A stretch of DNA of 64,000 nt, from contig JACQPY010000017.1 of NCBI GenBank assembly GCA_016207275.1, positions 2,479-66,478 of the forward strand, given 5' to 3'. A program made the position numbers and the translations under genes. Positions 9,745 to 18,445 of the stretch are shown here, in pieces (positions within the stretch are counted from its first letter, which is position 1; every line of letters begins with the position of its first letter). This DNA is from Candidatus Kerfeldbacteria bacterium. GTDB taxonomy: Bacteria; Patescibacteriota; Patescibacteriia; SBBC01. Under the pieces are notes generated by a model. That model was given only the letters and a program-made list of their open reading frames with translations. It was not told the origin of the DNA and did not search any database.

Positions 9745-11013
9745 ATGAAGACGCACCTCCGTCAGCAGGTGGTGATTCTCGGTGGTGGTTTTGCCGGACT
9801 CGCGGCCGCCCTCGAGCTCGCGCGACAAGCTGGCTTCCGGCATGACTACAACGTCATCCTCGTCGATCAGAATTGCTACCACCTCTACCACGGACTGCTC
9901 TACGAAGTAGCCACGGCCGGCTTCAACATCAATCCCCAGGATTTGGCGTACCTGCACGGCGGCGTCTGCATTCGACTGAAAGCCCTCGGTGAGCTGGTGA
10001 CCAAACGCCAGATTGATTTTATGCAAGTCACCGTCACCGGCGTAGATTGGCGTCAGCAGCGGGTGGTCTGTGATCAGCAGGCTGACCTGGTGTATTCTCA
10101 ACTGGTCATTGCGCTCGGGGCCGAAGCGGCCGACTACGGTATTCCCGGTTTGGCTCAGTACAGTTTTCCGCTCGGCACCATACCCGAGGCTTTAGCCATC
10201 CGCGGTCGCTTGCAAACGCTGGTGGCGGTGCAGCGTGGACAACCGCACCCGAGCCCGAAACGAATCGTGATTGTCGGCGGCGGGTTTACGGGCGTCGAGA
10301 CGGCTGGCGAAATTTTGCACTACCTGCGCCGACTGCAACGACGGGGAGTCATCGTGCCGGGAAGCGTGACCGTCGAGATGGTTGAGGGCGGGGAGGGGGT
10401 AATGCGGGCGCTCGGTCCGCGCGTGAGCGAAATGGCGCATCGGCGGCTGACCGCGCTCGGCGCCACGTTCAGGTTTAACACGCGGATTACGGCTGTCCAA
10501 CCGAGCACGATGACGCTCGATCGCGGCGAGTCGCTGGGCTACGATCTGTTGCTTTGGGCCGGCGGCATTCAGGCCAACCGCTTGGTTCGATCGATCGGTT
10601 TGCCGCTGGCTGGTCGCGGTCAATTATCAGTCGAGCCGACGCTGCAAGTGGTCGGTACGACCAACGTCTGGGCGGCCGGAGATTGTCTTGCCTTTACTGA
10701 TCCGTTGTCCAAGCAACCGATTCCGCAGATCGCTCCATTGGCCATTGCGGCTGGTCGGACAGTCGCCCGGAATATTGTCCGCCGTCTGCACGGACGCCCG
10801 CTTCGGCGTTTCTCTCCCGCCTACGCTGGATTCGTTATCCCGGTTGGCGGGATGTACGCCATTGCTCGGACCCATTGGTTTTTGCTGTCTGGTTTCTTGG
10901 CCTGGTTACTGCGCAAGCTGGTTGATTTTAACTACTTCACCTCGATCATGAGTTGGCGCAAAGCGTGGCGGGTGTTTATCCGCGGGGCGCGTGTGTACTT
11001 GAAGAACGACTAG
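9745..11013 (+). CDS. ndh: type II NADH dehydrogenase (NDH-2) / FAD-dependent pyridine nucleotide-disulfide oxidoreductase
   Basis: Two Rossmann GxGxxG motifs (VVILGGGFAGLAAA and IVIVGGGFTGVETAG). TGGTATACT lies 10 nt upstream of ATG 9745. The ORF track start at 9622 is probably too early. Confidence 0.8.
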   Translation: MKTHLRQQVVILGGGFAGLAAALELARQAGFRHDYNVILVDQNCYHLYHGLLYEVATAGFNINPQDLAYLHGGVCIRLKALGELVTKRQIDFMQVTVTGVDWRQQRVVCDQQADLVYSQLVIALGAEAADYGIPGLAQYSFPLGTIPEALAIRGRLQTLVAVQRGQPHPSPKRIVIVGGGFTGVETAGEILHYLRRLQRRGVIVPGSVTVEMVEGGEGVMRALGPRVSEMAHRRLTALGATFRFNTRITAVQPSTMTLDRGESLGYDLLLWAGGIQANRLVRSIGLPLAGRGQLSVEPTLQVVGTTNVWAAGDCLAFTDPLSKQPIPQIAPLAIAAGRTVARNIVRRLHGRPLRRFSPAYAGFVIPVGGMYAIARTHWFLLSGFLAWLLRKLVDFNYFTSIMSWRKAWRVFIRGARVYLKND

Positions 11014-11059
11014 GTCCTGGCCGCTGAAGGATTTCCCGACGTGGTATACTAACGGACGT

Positions 11060-12241
11060 ATGAAGCTGCGGTCGGTTCGAAGCGCGAAGGTCCATGGTCG
11101 GCGGGTTTTAGTGCGGGCCGAGCTCAATGTTGCCGATCGTGCTGGTCGGACGGCGGATGACGTTCGGATCCGAGCGGCGGTTCCGACGCTCCGGCTGCTG
11201 CTGGCGCGGGGCGCCCGGGTCATCATCGTCACGCATCGCGGTCGTCCTCAGGGGCGGGTGGTGCAGCGGTTGAGTACGAAGCCGCTGGCCCGACCGCTCA
11301 GCCGACTGCTCGGGGTGCCAGTCAAGACGGTTAACGATTGCGTCGGCCCGATCGTCGAACGAGCGGTGATGCGGCTGGCCAACGGGCAGGCGCTGTTGCT
11401 GGAGAACGTTCGCTTTCATCCGGGCGAGGAACGAAACGATCGGCGCTTCAGCCGGCAGCTGGCCAAGCTCGCCGACTTGTTTGTCCTCGAGGCTTTTGGC
11501 ACCGCCCACCGTGCCCACGCCGCAGTCGTCGGGGTTGGTCAGTGGGTGCCCAGTTTTGCCGGACTGCGGTTCATTGAGGAGGTTCGCATCCTCAGTCGAG
11601 TTCTCCATCAGCCCCGCCGTCCACTGGTGTTCGTGATCGGGGGCGCAAAAATCTCATCGAAGCTTAATTTAATTGAGCGACTACTCGGAAGAGCTGACGG
11701 GCTCTTACTGGGCGGGGCGCTGGCCAACACTATTTTGCAGGCGCAAGGGCTGAACATCGGTCAGTCGTTGAGCGAACCGAAGATGGTTCGTGCCGTTCGT
11801 CGGTTGCAACTAACGAAACGGCAACTACACGTGCCGGTCGACCTGGTAGTTCGACAAGCGAACGGTCGCCGTGCCGTCCGGGCGGTCGGAGACGTCGGCC
11901 GTCGTGAATCGATTCTCGACATTGGCCCGGATACCGTCACCCTCTTCACCACGGTGCTCCGCCGGGCGCGAACGATTATCTGGAACGGACCAATGGGACG
12001 GTATGAGGAGCCACCTTTTGATCGCGGCACGCGGGCCGTGGCTCGGGCAGTCGCCCGATCGCGAGCCTATACCGTGGTCGGCGGCGGGGAAACTGTCGAC
12101 GCGGTCCGGTCACAAGGATTAGCGCGAGCCATTGATTTTATTTCTACCGGCGGTGGGGCGATGGTTGAATTTTTGGAAGGCCGTCGCCTGCCCGGCGTTG
12201 AACTGGTAAGGGAGTTAGACGATGACCAAGCCAACGATTGA
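11060..12241 (+). CDS. pgk: phosphoglycerate kinase
   Basis: PGK fold motifs throughout. TGGTATACT lies 9 nt upstream of ATG. Confidence 0.9.
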   Translation: MKLRSVRSAKVHGRRVLVRAELNVADRAGRTADDVRIRAAVPTLRLLLARGARVIIVTHRGRPQGRVVQRLSTKPLARPLSRLLGVPVKTVNDCVGPIVERAVMRLANGQALLLENVRFHPGEERNDRRFSRQLAKLADLFVLEAFGTAHRAHAAVVGVGQWVPSFAGLRFIEEVRILSRVLHQPRRPLVFVIGGAKISSKLNLIERLLGRADGLLLGGALANTILQAQGLNIGQSLSEPKMVRAVRRLQLTKRQLHVPVDLVVRQANGRRAVRAVGDVGRRESILDIGPDTVTLFTTVLRRARTIIWNGPMGRYEEPPFDRGTRAVARAVARSRAYTVVGGGETVDAVRSQGLARAIDFISTGGGAMVEFLEGRRLPGVELVRELDDDQAND

Positions 12242-13481
12242 TCGGATTACGGCGACTGAGATTCTTGATTCTCGCGGTGAACCGACCGTTCGCGCCACCA
12301 TTATTTTAACTGACGGGCAGCAGGCTTCGGCGGCTGTCCCGGCCGGTGCTTCAACCGGGTTACACGAAGCTCACGAGCTCCGCGACGGTGTTGGCCGCTA
12401 CGGTGGCCGTGGTGTCCTGCGGGCGGTGGAGCACGTCCGGACGACTATCCACCAAGCGTTACGGGGAATGGCGGTCGATCAGCAGGCCGAACTTGATCAA
12501 AAATTGGTCGAACTCGACGGTACCGCTGATCGTTCCCACCTTGGCGCCAACGCCATCCTGAGTGTGTCGCTGGCCTGCGCTCGGACCGCCAGTTTGGCTC
12601 ATCACCTACCGCTGTACCGCTACCTGCGTCAGCGGTACGACCTACCGGAATCAAAAAATTTTCCGCGTCCAATGTGTAACGTGCTCAACGGCGGCCAGCA
12701 TGCCGATAACCACATTTCCTTTCAGGAGTTTCAACTACTGCCCGAGGGGAGTACGGTCGCCGAACAACTGGAGCGGGTGGCCGGTATCATCCGGCAGCTC
12801 AGGCAGCTGTTGATCAAGCGCGGGGACCGCACCCTCGTTGGCGACGAAGGTGGCTTTGCGCCGCTGCTCCACACGAATGAAGCGGGGCTTCAGTTGCTCG
12901 GGCAGGCGACTGAAGCAGCTGCGTTACGTCTCGGTCACGACGTCAGCTTTGGTCTTGATGTGGCCGCTTCGGAGTTTTACGAGTCGGCGACAAAAATGTA
13001 TCACCTTGAACCTGAGGGGTTACGTGTCAACGCGGCTAACTTGATTGGTCTTTACGAACAGCTGGCGGAGCGCTACCCGCTCCGGACGCTCGAAGACGGT
13101 CTGCAGGAGGACGACTGGGCCGGCTGGACCAAGTTGACGACCCGCCTCGGGAAGAAACTATTGCTAATTGGTGATGATTTGTTTGTCACGCAACGCGACC
13201 GCTTAAGCCAAGGCATTCGGGCCAAAGCGGCGAATGCCATTCTGATTAAGCCGAACCAGGTCGGGACGCTGTCGGAGACGATTGAGACCGTCAAGACCGC
13301 GCTCGACGACGGCTACGCGCCGGTGGTCTCGCATCGTTCCGGAGAAACCTGTGACGATTTTATCGCCGACCTAGCCGTGGCGGTCGGCAGCCCGTACCTT
13401 AAAGCTGGTTCACTGGCGCGGGGCGAACGGTCAGCTAAGTACAACCGCCTGTTGATCATTGCTGCTGAGGTCGGGGCATGA
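12222..13481 (+). CDS. eno: enolase
   Basis: N-terminus MTKPTIDRITATEILDSRGEPTV. Conserved enolase motifs SHRSGETCD and IKPNQVGTLSET. Confidence 0.95.
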   Translation: MTKPTIDRITATEILDSRGEPTVRATIILTDGQQASAAVPAGASTGLHEAHELRDGVGRYGGRGVLRAVEHVRTTIHQALRGMAVDQQAELDQKLVELDGTADRSHLGANAILSVSLACARTASLAHHLPLYRYLRQRYDLPESKNFPRPMCNVLNGGQHADNHISFQEFQLLPEGSTVAEQLERVAGIIRQLRQLLIKRGDRTLVGDEGGFAPLLHTNEAGLQLLGQATEAAALRLGHDVSFGLDVAASEFYESATKMYHLEPEGLRVNAANLIGLYEQLAERYPLRTLEDGLQEDDWAGWTKLTTRLGKKLLLIGDDLFVTQRDRLSQGIRAKAANAILIKPNQVGTLSETIETVKTALDDGYAPVVSHRSGETCDDFIADLAVAVGSPYLKAGSLARGERSAKYNRLLIIAAEVGA

Positions 13482-15043
13482 GTCGCCGATCGTCGTTTCC
13501 GCTGGTGATGATTATTTTTGATGGTTGGGGAATCGCGCCACGCGGCCCGGGGAACGCCATTGCTTTGGCCAAGACGCCCGTCATGGATACCTTGGCTAAG
13601 ACGTATCCGTCAACGACCTTGGCGGCGGCCGGTTCGGCCGTCGGTCTGCCGACCAATCAGGCGGGAAACTCCGAAGCCGGGCACATGAACATCGGAGCTG
13701 GCCGGGTGGTCGAGCAGGATTCGATCCGGATTTCCCGGAGCATCAATGAGGGGACGTTCTTTAAGAACGCCGCTTTTCAGGCCGCTGTCCGCCACGTCCA
13801 GAAGCACCGCTCGCAACTACACCTGATTGGCTTGCTGACTGAACAGCAGAGCGCCCACGCCGACCCGGACCACCTCTTGGCTTTATTAACCTTGGCTCGA
13901 ACCATGCACGTTTCGCCGGTCCAACTACACTTATTCACTGATGGTCGTGACTCACCGCCAACCGCCTCTATCCGGCTGCTGCGCAGGCTCGAGCCGAGCC
14001 TCCAGTCAGGGGAGTCCATTGCCACCATCATCGGTCGGTTCTACGCCATGGATCGAAAAAAAGTTTGGTCGCGAACTAAGCGAGCGTACGAAGCAATGGT
14101 TTTGGGACAGGGTCGGCTGGTGGCCACAGCCGAAGAAGCCATTCTGGCGGGTTATGACCGCGGCCTGACTGACGAGTTCATCGAACCAACGGTCGTGGCC
14201 GATCCGCGTCAGCGCCGGATTCAATCGAACGATGCGGTCATCTTTTTCAACCTTCGATCTGATCGCGCCCGTCAACTGACGAAAGTATTCGTTCAAGAAC
14301 GTTTTACTGACCAGAACCCCGACGCCTTTAAACGCGAACACCGACCACGGAATATTCTCTTTGTAGCGATGACCGATTTCGGTCCGGACCTGGGCGAGAT
14401 CTACACTGCCTTTCCTTCAGTTGACCTCTACAGTACGTTTCCGGTAATCCTCCGGCGTTACTGTCAACTCTACGTGGCCGAGAGCGAGAAGTTCGCTCAC
14501 GTTACGTTCTTCTTCAATGGCGGCTACGATAAACCAGTGGCTGGCGAAAACCGGGTGCTGATCGCTTCTCCCGGTGTCTCGTCGTACGATGCCGCTCCAG
14601 AGATGAGCGTCCGTCGGATTACTAGCTTCGTGGTTAACGATCTGCAGCGCCAGGAGCACGATGTGGTAGTGGTCAACTTTGCTAATCCGGACATGATCGG
14701 GCATACCGGTAACCTCCGGGCGGCCGTTAAAGCCATTGAAGCAGTTGATCAGTGTGTCGGTCAGATCCGTGATGCTGTTATTGCGCGGGCCGGAACCTTA
14801 GTTATCACCGCTGACCACGGCAATGCCGAAGAGATGCTCACCCCGGACGGTAAGAGCGTCAGTACTGAGCATACGACAAACCCCGTTCCGTTTAGTATTG
14901 TCACGCCGAAGCCGTTGCCGCTGAAGCTTCGAACCGATGGCCGTTTAGCCGACGTCGTGCCGACCGTGTTAGATCTGTTAGGCGTTACACCGCCGGCCGT
15001 GATGACCGGTCAGTCGCTAATCGTCACCGACCATGCCGCTTAA
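13478..15043 (+). CDS. gpmI: 2,3-bisphosphoglycerate-independent phosphoglycerate mutase (iPGM), copy 1
   Basis: GNSEAGHMNIGAGR catalytic-Ser motif. C-terminal ADHGNAE metal-binding motif. Confidence 0.9.
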   Translation: MSRRSSFPLVMIIFDGWGIAPRGPGNAIALAKTPVMDTLAKTYPSTTLAAAGSAVGLPTNQAGNSEAGHMNIGAGRVVEQDSIRISRSINEGTFFKNAAFQAAVRHVQKHRSQLHLIGLLTEQQSAHADPDHLLALLTLARTMHVSPVQLHLFTDGRDSPPTASIRLLRRLEPSLQSGESIATIIGRFYAMDRKKVWSRTKRAYEAMVLGQGRLVATAEEAILAGYDRGLTDEFIEPTVVADPRQRRIQSNDAVIFFNLRSDRARQLTKVFVQERFTDQNPDAFKREHRPRNILFVAMTDFGPDLGEIYTAFPSVDLYSTFPVILRRYCQLYVAESEKFAHVTFFFNGGYDKPVAGENRVLIASPGVSSYDAAPEMSVRRITSFVVNDLQRQEHDVVVVNFANPDMIGHTGNLRAAVKAIEAVDQCVGQIRDAVIARAGTLVITADHGNAEEMLTPDGKSVSTEHTTNPVPFSIVTPKPLPLKLRTDGRLADVVPTVLDLLGVTPPAVMTGQSLIVTDHAA

Positions 15044-16610
15044 GCGTCGGCCGCTCGTCTTACTGATTCTTGACGGTTGGGGCGTGGCGCCGAAAAACCG
15101 GGGCAATGCGATCATGCTTGCGGAGACGCCGGCCTGGGACCGTTTCGTCACCACTTACCCATCGTTGACGCTGCAAGCCTCTGGCGAGTCAGTTGGGCTG
15201 CCCTGGGGTGAGATGGGCAACTCCGAGGTCGGCCATATGAATATTGGCGCCGGAAAAATTCTCTACCGTGATTTACCCCGGATTAACCGCGCGATTCTCG
15301 ATGGTAGCTTTTATGAGCGCCCGGCTTTCGATGAGGCGATCAAACACGTTAAACAAACCAAGGGTCAGCTCCACCTGGTCGGTTTGCTCAGCTCGGGCGG
15401 AATTCACAGTTTTAATGAGCACGCCTATGCGTTATTGGAACTGGCCGGACGGGAGAAAATGGCGAACGTCTTTATACACGTTATGCTCGATGGTCGCGAC
15501 ACGCCGCACAACAGCGGTGAGACGTTTATCACTAAGCTCGAGGCTAAACTGAAGGAGCTCAAGCTCGGGGCGATTGCCACCATCGCCGGTCGTTTCTGGG
15601 CGATGGACCGAGACAATCGCTGGGACCGAATTCAGAAAGCCTACCGGGCCATGACTGCGGGCACGGCCGAGGAAACGTTCACTGACCCACTGGTAGCAGT
15701 CCGCGCTTCCTACGGTCGCGGCATCTACGACGAAGAGTTTGTGCCGACGGTTATTACCAGTAGCAATGGTCAGCCGCGCGGGACGATTCGGGCCGGCGAT
15801 AGCGTCATCTTTTTTAACTTTCGGGCTGATCGAGCCCGGGAACTGACCAAAGCGTTTGTCTTGCCCGGCTTCATGAAGTTCGAACGGTCGTACCTGCGCG
15901 ATATTATCTTTGTCACCATGACCGAGTATGAACAGAATCTGCCGGTGCTGGTGGCGTTCCCACCGGAAATCGTGACCACGCCGTTGGCCAAAGTCATCAG
16001 TGATCTTGGCGAGAAGCAACTGCACCTGGCGGAAACTGAAAAGTACGCCCACGTCACGTTTTTCTTAAACGGTGGACGCGAAGAGCCATTCCCCGGCGAG
16101 TCGCGATCGCTCGTCCCCTCACCGTCAGTCTCGACCTACGATCAAAAACCAGAAATGAGTGCGCGCGAAATTACTGACCGGGCGATCAAAGAGATCAATA
16201 GCGCCAGCTACGGCTTCGTGGTGATCAACTACGCCAACGCCGATATGGTTGGTCACACCGGCAACATTCCGGCTACGGTCAAGGCGATCGAGTCGATTGA
16301 TGCGGAGCTCGATCGGCTGGCCGCGGCCGTGGTGGGAGTCAACGGTATCTTGGTGATTACCGCTGACCACGGCAACGCGGAGGAGAAGCTCAATTTAACC
16401 ACCGGCTTTATTAACAAAGAACACACCGCTAATCCCGTGCCGTTCGTACTGATCGGTTCGGATTGGCAGGGTCACGGTCGGGCGTCACCTGATTTGAGCA
16501 CGGTTACGCCGAGCGGTATCCTAGCCGATGTGGCTCCGACGTTGCTCGACCTCGAGTCGTTACTTCAGCCGCCAGAAATGACCGGCCGAAGCTTGCGCTC
16601 ACTGTTATGA
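15033..16610 (+). CDS. gpmI: 2,3-bisphosphoglycerate-independent phosphoglycerate mutase (iPGM), divergent tandem paralog
   Basis: GNSEVGHMNIGAGK and ADHGNAE motifs. ~45% identical to the upstream copy by eye. Confidence 0.85.
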   Translation: MPLKRRPLVLLILDGWGVAPKNRGNAIMLAETPAWDRFVTTYPSLTLQASGESVGLPWGEMGNSEVGHMNIGAGKILYRDLPRINRAILDGSFYERPAFDEAIKHVKQTKGQLHLVGLLSSGGIHSFNEHAYALLELAGREKMANVFIHVMLDGRDTPHNSGETFITKLEAKLKELKLGAIATIAGRFWAMDRDNRWDRIQKAYRAMTAGTAEETFTDPLVAVRASYGRGIYDEEFVPTVITSSNGQPRGTIRAGDSVIFFNFRADRARELTKAFVLPGFMKFERSYLRDIIFVTMTEYEQNLPVLVAFPPEIVTTPLAKVISDLGEKQLHLAETEKYAHVTFFLNGGREEPFPGESRSLVPSPSVSTYDQKPEMSAREITDRAIKEINSASYGFVVINYANADMVGHTGNIPATVKAIESIDAELDRLAAAVVGVNGILVITADHGNAEEKLNLTTGFINKEHTANPVPFVLIGSDWQGHGRASPDLSTVTPSGILADVAPTLLDLESLLQPPEMTGRSLRSLL

Positions 16611-17200
16611 CGATGAACGAAACGACCGCCGGCGTAACGGTGCCTGTGGAGGTCTCGAATCGGCATGTCCACGTGTCCGCCGGCCATCTCGAAACGCTGT
16701 TCGGTCCCGGTGCCTCGCTGCATCAGCACCGGTCGATCTCACAGACTGATCAGTTTGCCGCTCGGGAAACCGTGACGCTTATCGGACCGCGCGGGCGAGT
16801 GGAGAATGTCCGGCTCGTTGGGCCGGTACGATCGCGGACGCAGGTTGAAGTAAGTCAAACTGACGCTCGTCAACTCGGTGTCAGCGCGCCGCTTCGCGAT
16901 TCGGGCGATCTCGATGGCAGCGCTGGTCTGACGCTGGCCGGCCCGCGCGGCCGAGTCACGCTTAGCCATGGCGTCATCGTCCAGCGCCGTCACATCCACG
17001 CCTCGCCGCTCGATTGCCAAACCTACGGCCTGAAACCTCACTCGATCGTCCGGCTTCGAATTGGCGGCCCGCGCGGACTGATCTTCGACCAGGTGCTCGT
17101 TAAAGTTGACCCATCGTTTGTCTGGCGTCTACACCTCGATACTGACGAGGCCAATGCGGCCGGGGTTAAACCCGGCGACGTCGCCGAGGTCCTGCCATGA
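16607..17200 (+). CDS. pduL: phosphate propanoyl/acetyl-transferase PduL (non-Pta phosphotransacylase)
   Basis: Duplicated PduL repeats (GVSNRHVHVSA..., VTLIGPRGRVENVRLVGPVRS..., IVQRRHIHASPLD..., HLDTDEANAAGV). They align closely to Salmonella PduL. Confidence 0.9.
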   Translation: MTMNETTAGVTVPVEVSNRHVHVSAGHLETLFGPGASLHQHRSISQTDQFAARETVTLIGPRGRVENVRLVGPVRSRTQVEVSQTDARQLGVSAPLRDSGDLDGSAGLTLAGPRGRVTLSHGVIVQRRHIHASPLDCQTYGLKPHSIVRLRIGGPRGLIFDQVLVKVDPSFVWRLHLDTDEANAAGVKPGDVAEVLP

Positions 17201-18351
17201 GGTCCGTTGTCCTGACCGCTAATGCCGGCAGCTCGTCGCTCAAAGTTGGGCTGGTGCAGTGGCCCTTAGCTCGTTTCGTTGGCACGATCGAAATTGATCA
17301 GATCGGCTCAGGCGCTGAATTGATTGTCCAGCTGCCGGGCCAACGGCCGGGTCGAAGTCCGATCGCGATTCCAACCGTCTCCGCGGCTGCGCGTTTCATC
17401 GCTCGCTGGCTAACTAAAAGTGGGCTTAGTCCTTCGTCGGTGCGCGGCATAGCGCACCGCGTGGTCGTCGCTGACGGTTACCACCAGCCTGTCCGCATCA
17501 CCTCGGCCGTGGCGCGAGCGATTGCCCGCGCCACGGCCCGGGCACCATTGCACAATCCGGCGGCGCTGGCCGTCATCCGCGTCTTCCGTCGCGTCTATCG
17601 GCGGGCGACCCACGTCGCCGCCTTTGACACGGCCTTCTTTGCTCACCTGCCACTCCGCGCTCGCACCTACGCGATTGACCATCGGCTGGCTGCACGATTT
17701 GGTCTGGTGCGAACAGGTTTTCATGGTTTGAGTCACGCGGCCGCTTCACGGTTTGCCGCGGCTCAGCTGGGCCGGCCGATTAGTTCGTTGCGTTTGATTA
17801 CGGTCCACCTTGGCGCTGGCTGCTCGGTGACCGCGGTTAATCGTGGCCGGGCGGTTGATACCTCGATGGGTTTTACGCCGCTCGAAGGATTAGTGATGGC
17901 GACTCGTCCCGGCGATCTTGACAGCGGCGTGGTCCTGCACCTACTGAAGCAAGGAATGACCGTTCGTCAACTGGAAGCGTTGCTCTACCATCAGTCTGGC
18001 TGGCGTGGTTTGAGCGGGGTCAGTGACGATCTACGCGTCGTTTTGGCCGGCGCAGGAATTCCGGTGCGTGGCTGGCAATCAAAACGACGATTCAGCGCGG
18101 CCGCCCGCCGACGTTGCCGAACGGCGCTGGCTGTCTTCATCTATCGGATTCAGAAGTACCTCGGGGCGTACGCGGCGATACTCGGGACAGTCGACGCCAT
18201 CGTTTTTACCGGGGCCATCGGCGAACGCAACCCTGACGTCCGTCGACGGATCGTGCGGGGGTTGCGACTACCGGGACAGCCGCGCGTCGTGGTCGCCCCG
18301 ACGGATGAACAATTCACCCTCATCCGCATGGCCCGTCGGCTGATGAGCTGA
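17197..18351 (+). CDS. ackA: acetate/propionate kinase
   Basis: N-terminal LTANAGSSSLKVGLV (ASKHA fold; compare the AckA N-terminal motif). Overlaps the pduL stop. Confidence 0.8.
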   Translation: MRSVVLTANAGSSSLKVGLVQWPLARFVGTIEIDQIGSGAELIVQLPGQRPGRSPIAIPTVSAAARFIARWLTKSGLSPSSVRGIAHRVVVADGYHQPVRITSAVARAIARATARAPLHNPAALAVIRVFRRVYRRATHVAAFDTAFFAHLPLRARTYAIDHRLAARFGLVRTGFHGLSHAAASRFAAAQLGRPISSLRLITVHLGAGCSVTAVNRGRAVDTSMGFTPLEGLVMATRPGDLDSGVVLHLLKQGMTVRQLEALLYHQSGWRGLSGVSDDLRVVLAGAGIPVRGWQSKRRFSAAARRRCRTALAVFIYRIQKYLGAYAAILGTVDAIVFTGAIGERNPDVRRRIVRGLRLPGQPRVVVAPTDEQFTLIRMARRLMS

Positions 18352-18445
18352 ACTTCGGGTCGGGCGTGGGCGCGAGTTCAGCGGCCAGCGCTGGCCGCGC
18401 GGCCGAGCAGTTGTCGGACCGCACACTCGACGCTATACTGAGCGT

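Noticed and set aside
15432-16052. Minus-strand 206-aa ORF inside the second gpmI, and similar antisense ORFs (21220..21993, 26505..27029, 28263..28637, 47272..47775 and others)
   Set aside because: They are embedded antisense to confidently identified conserved genes. They are typical high-GC shadow ORFs.
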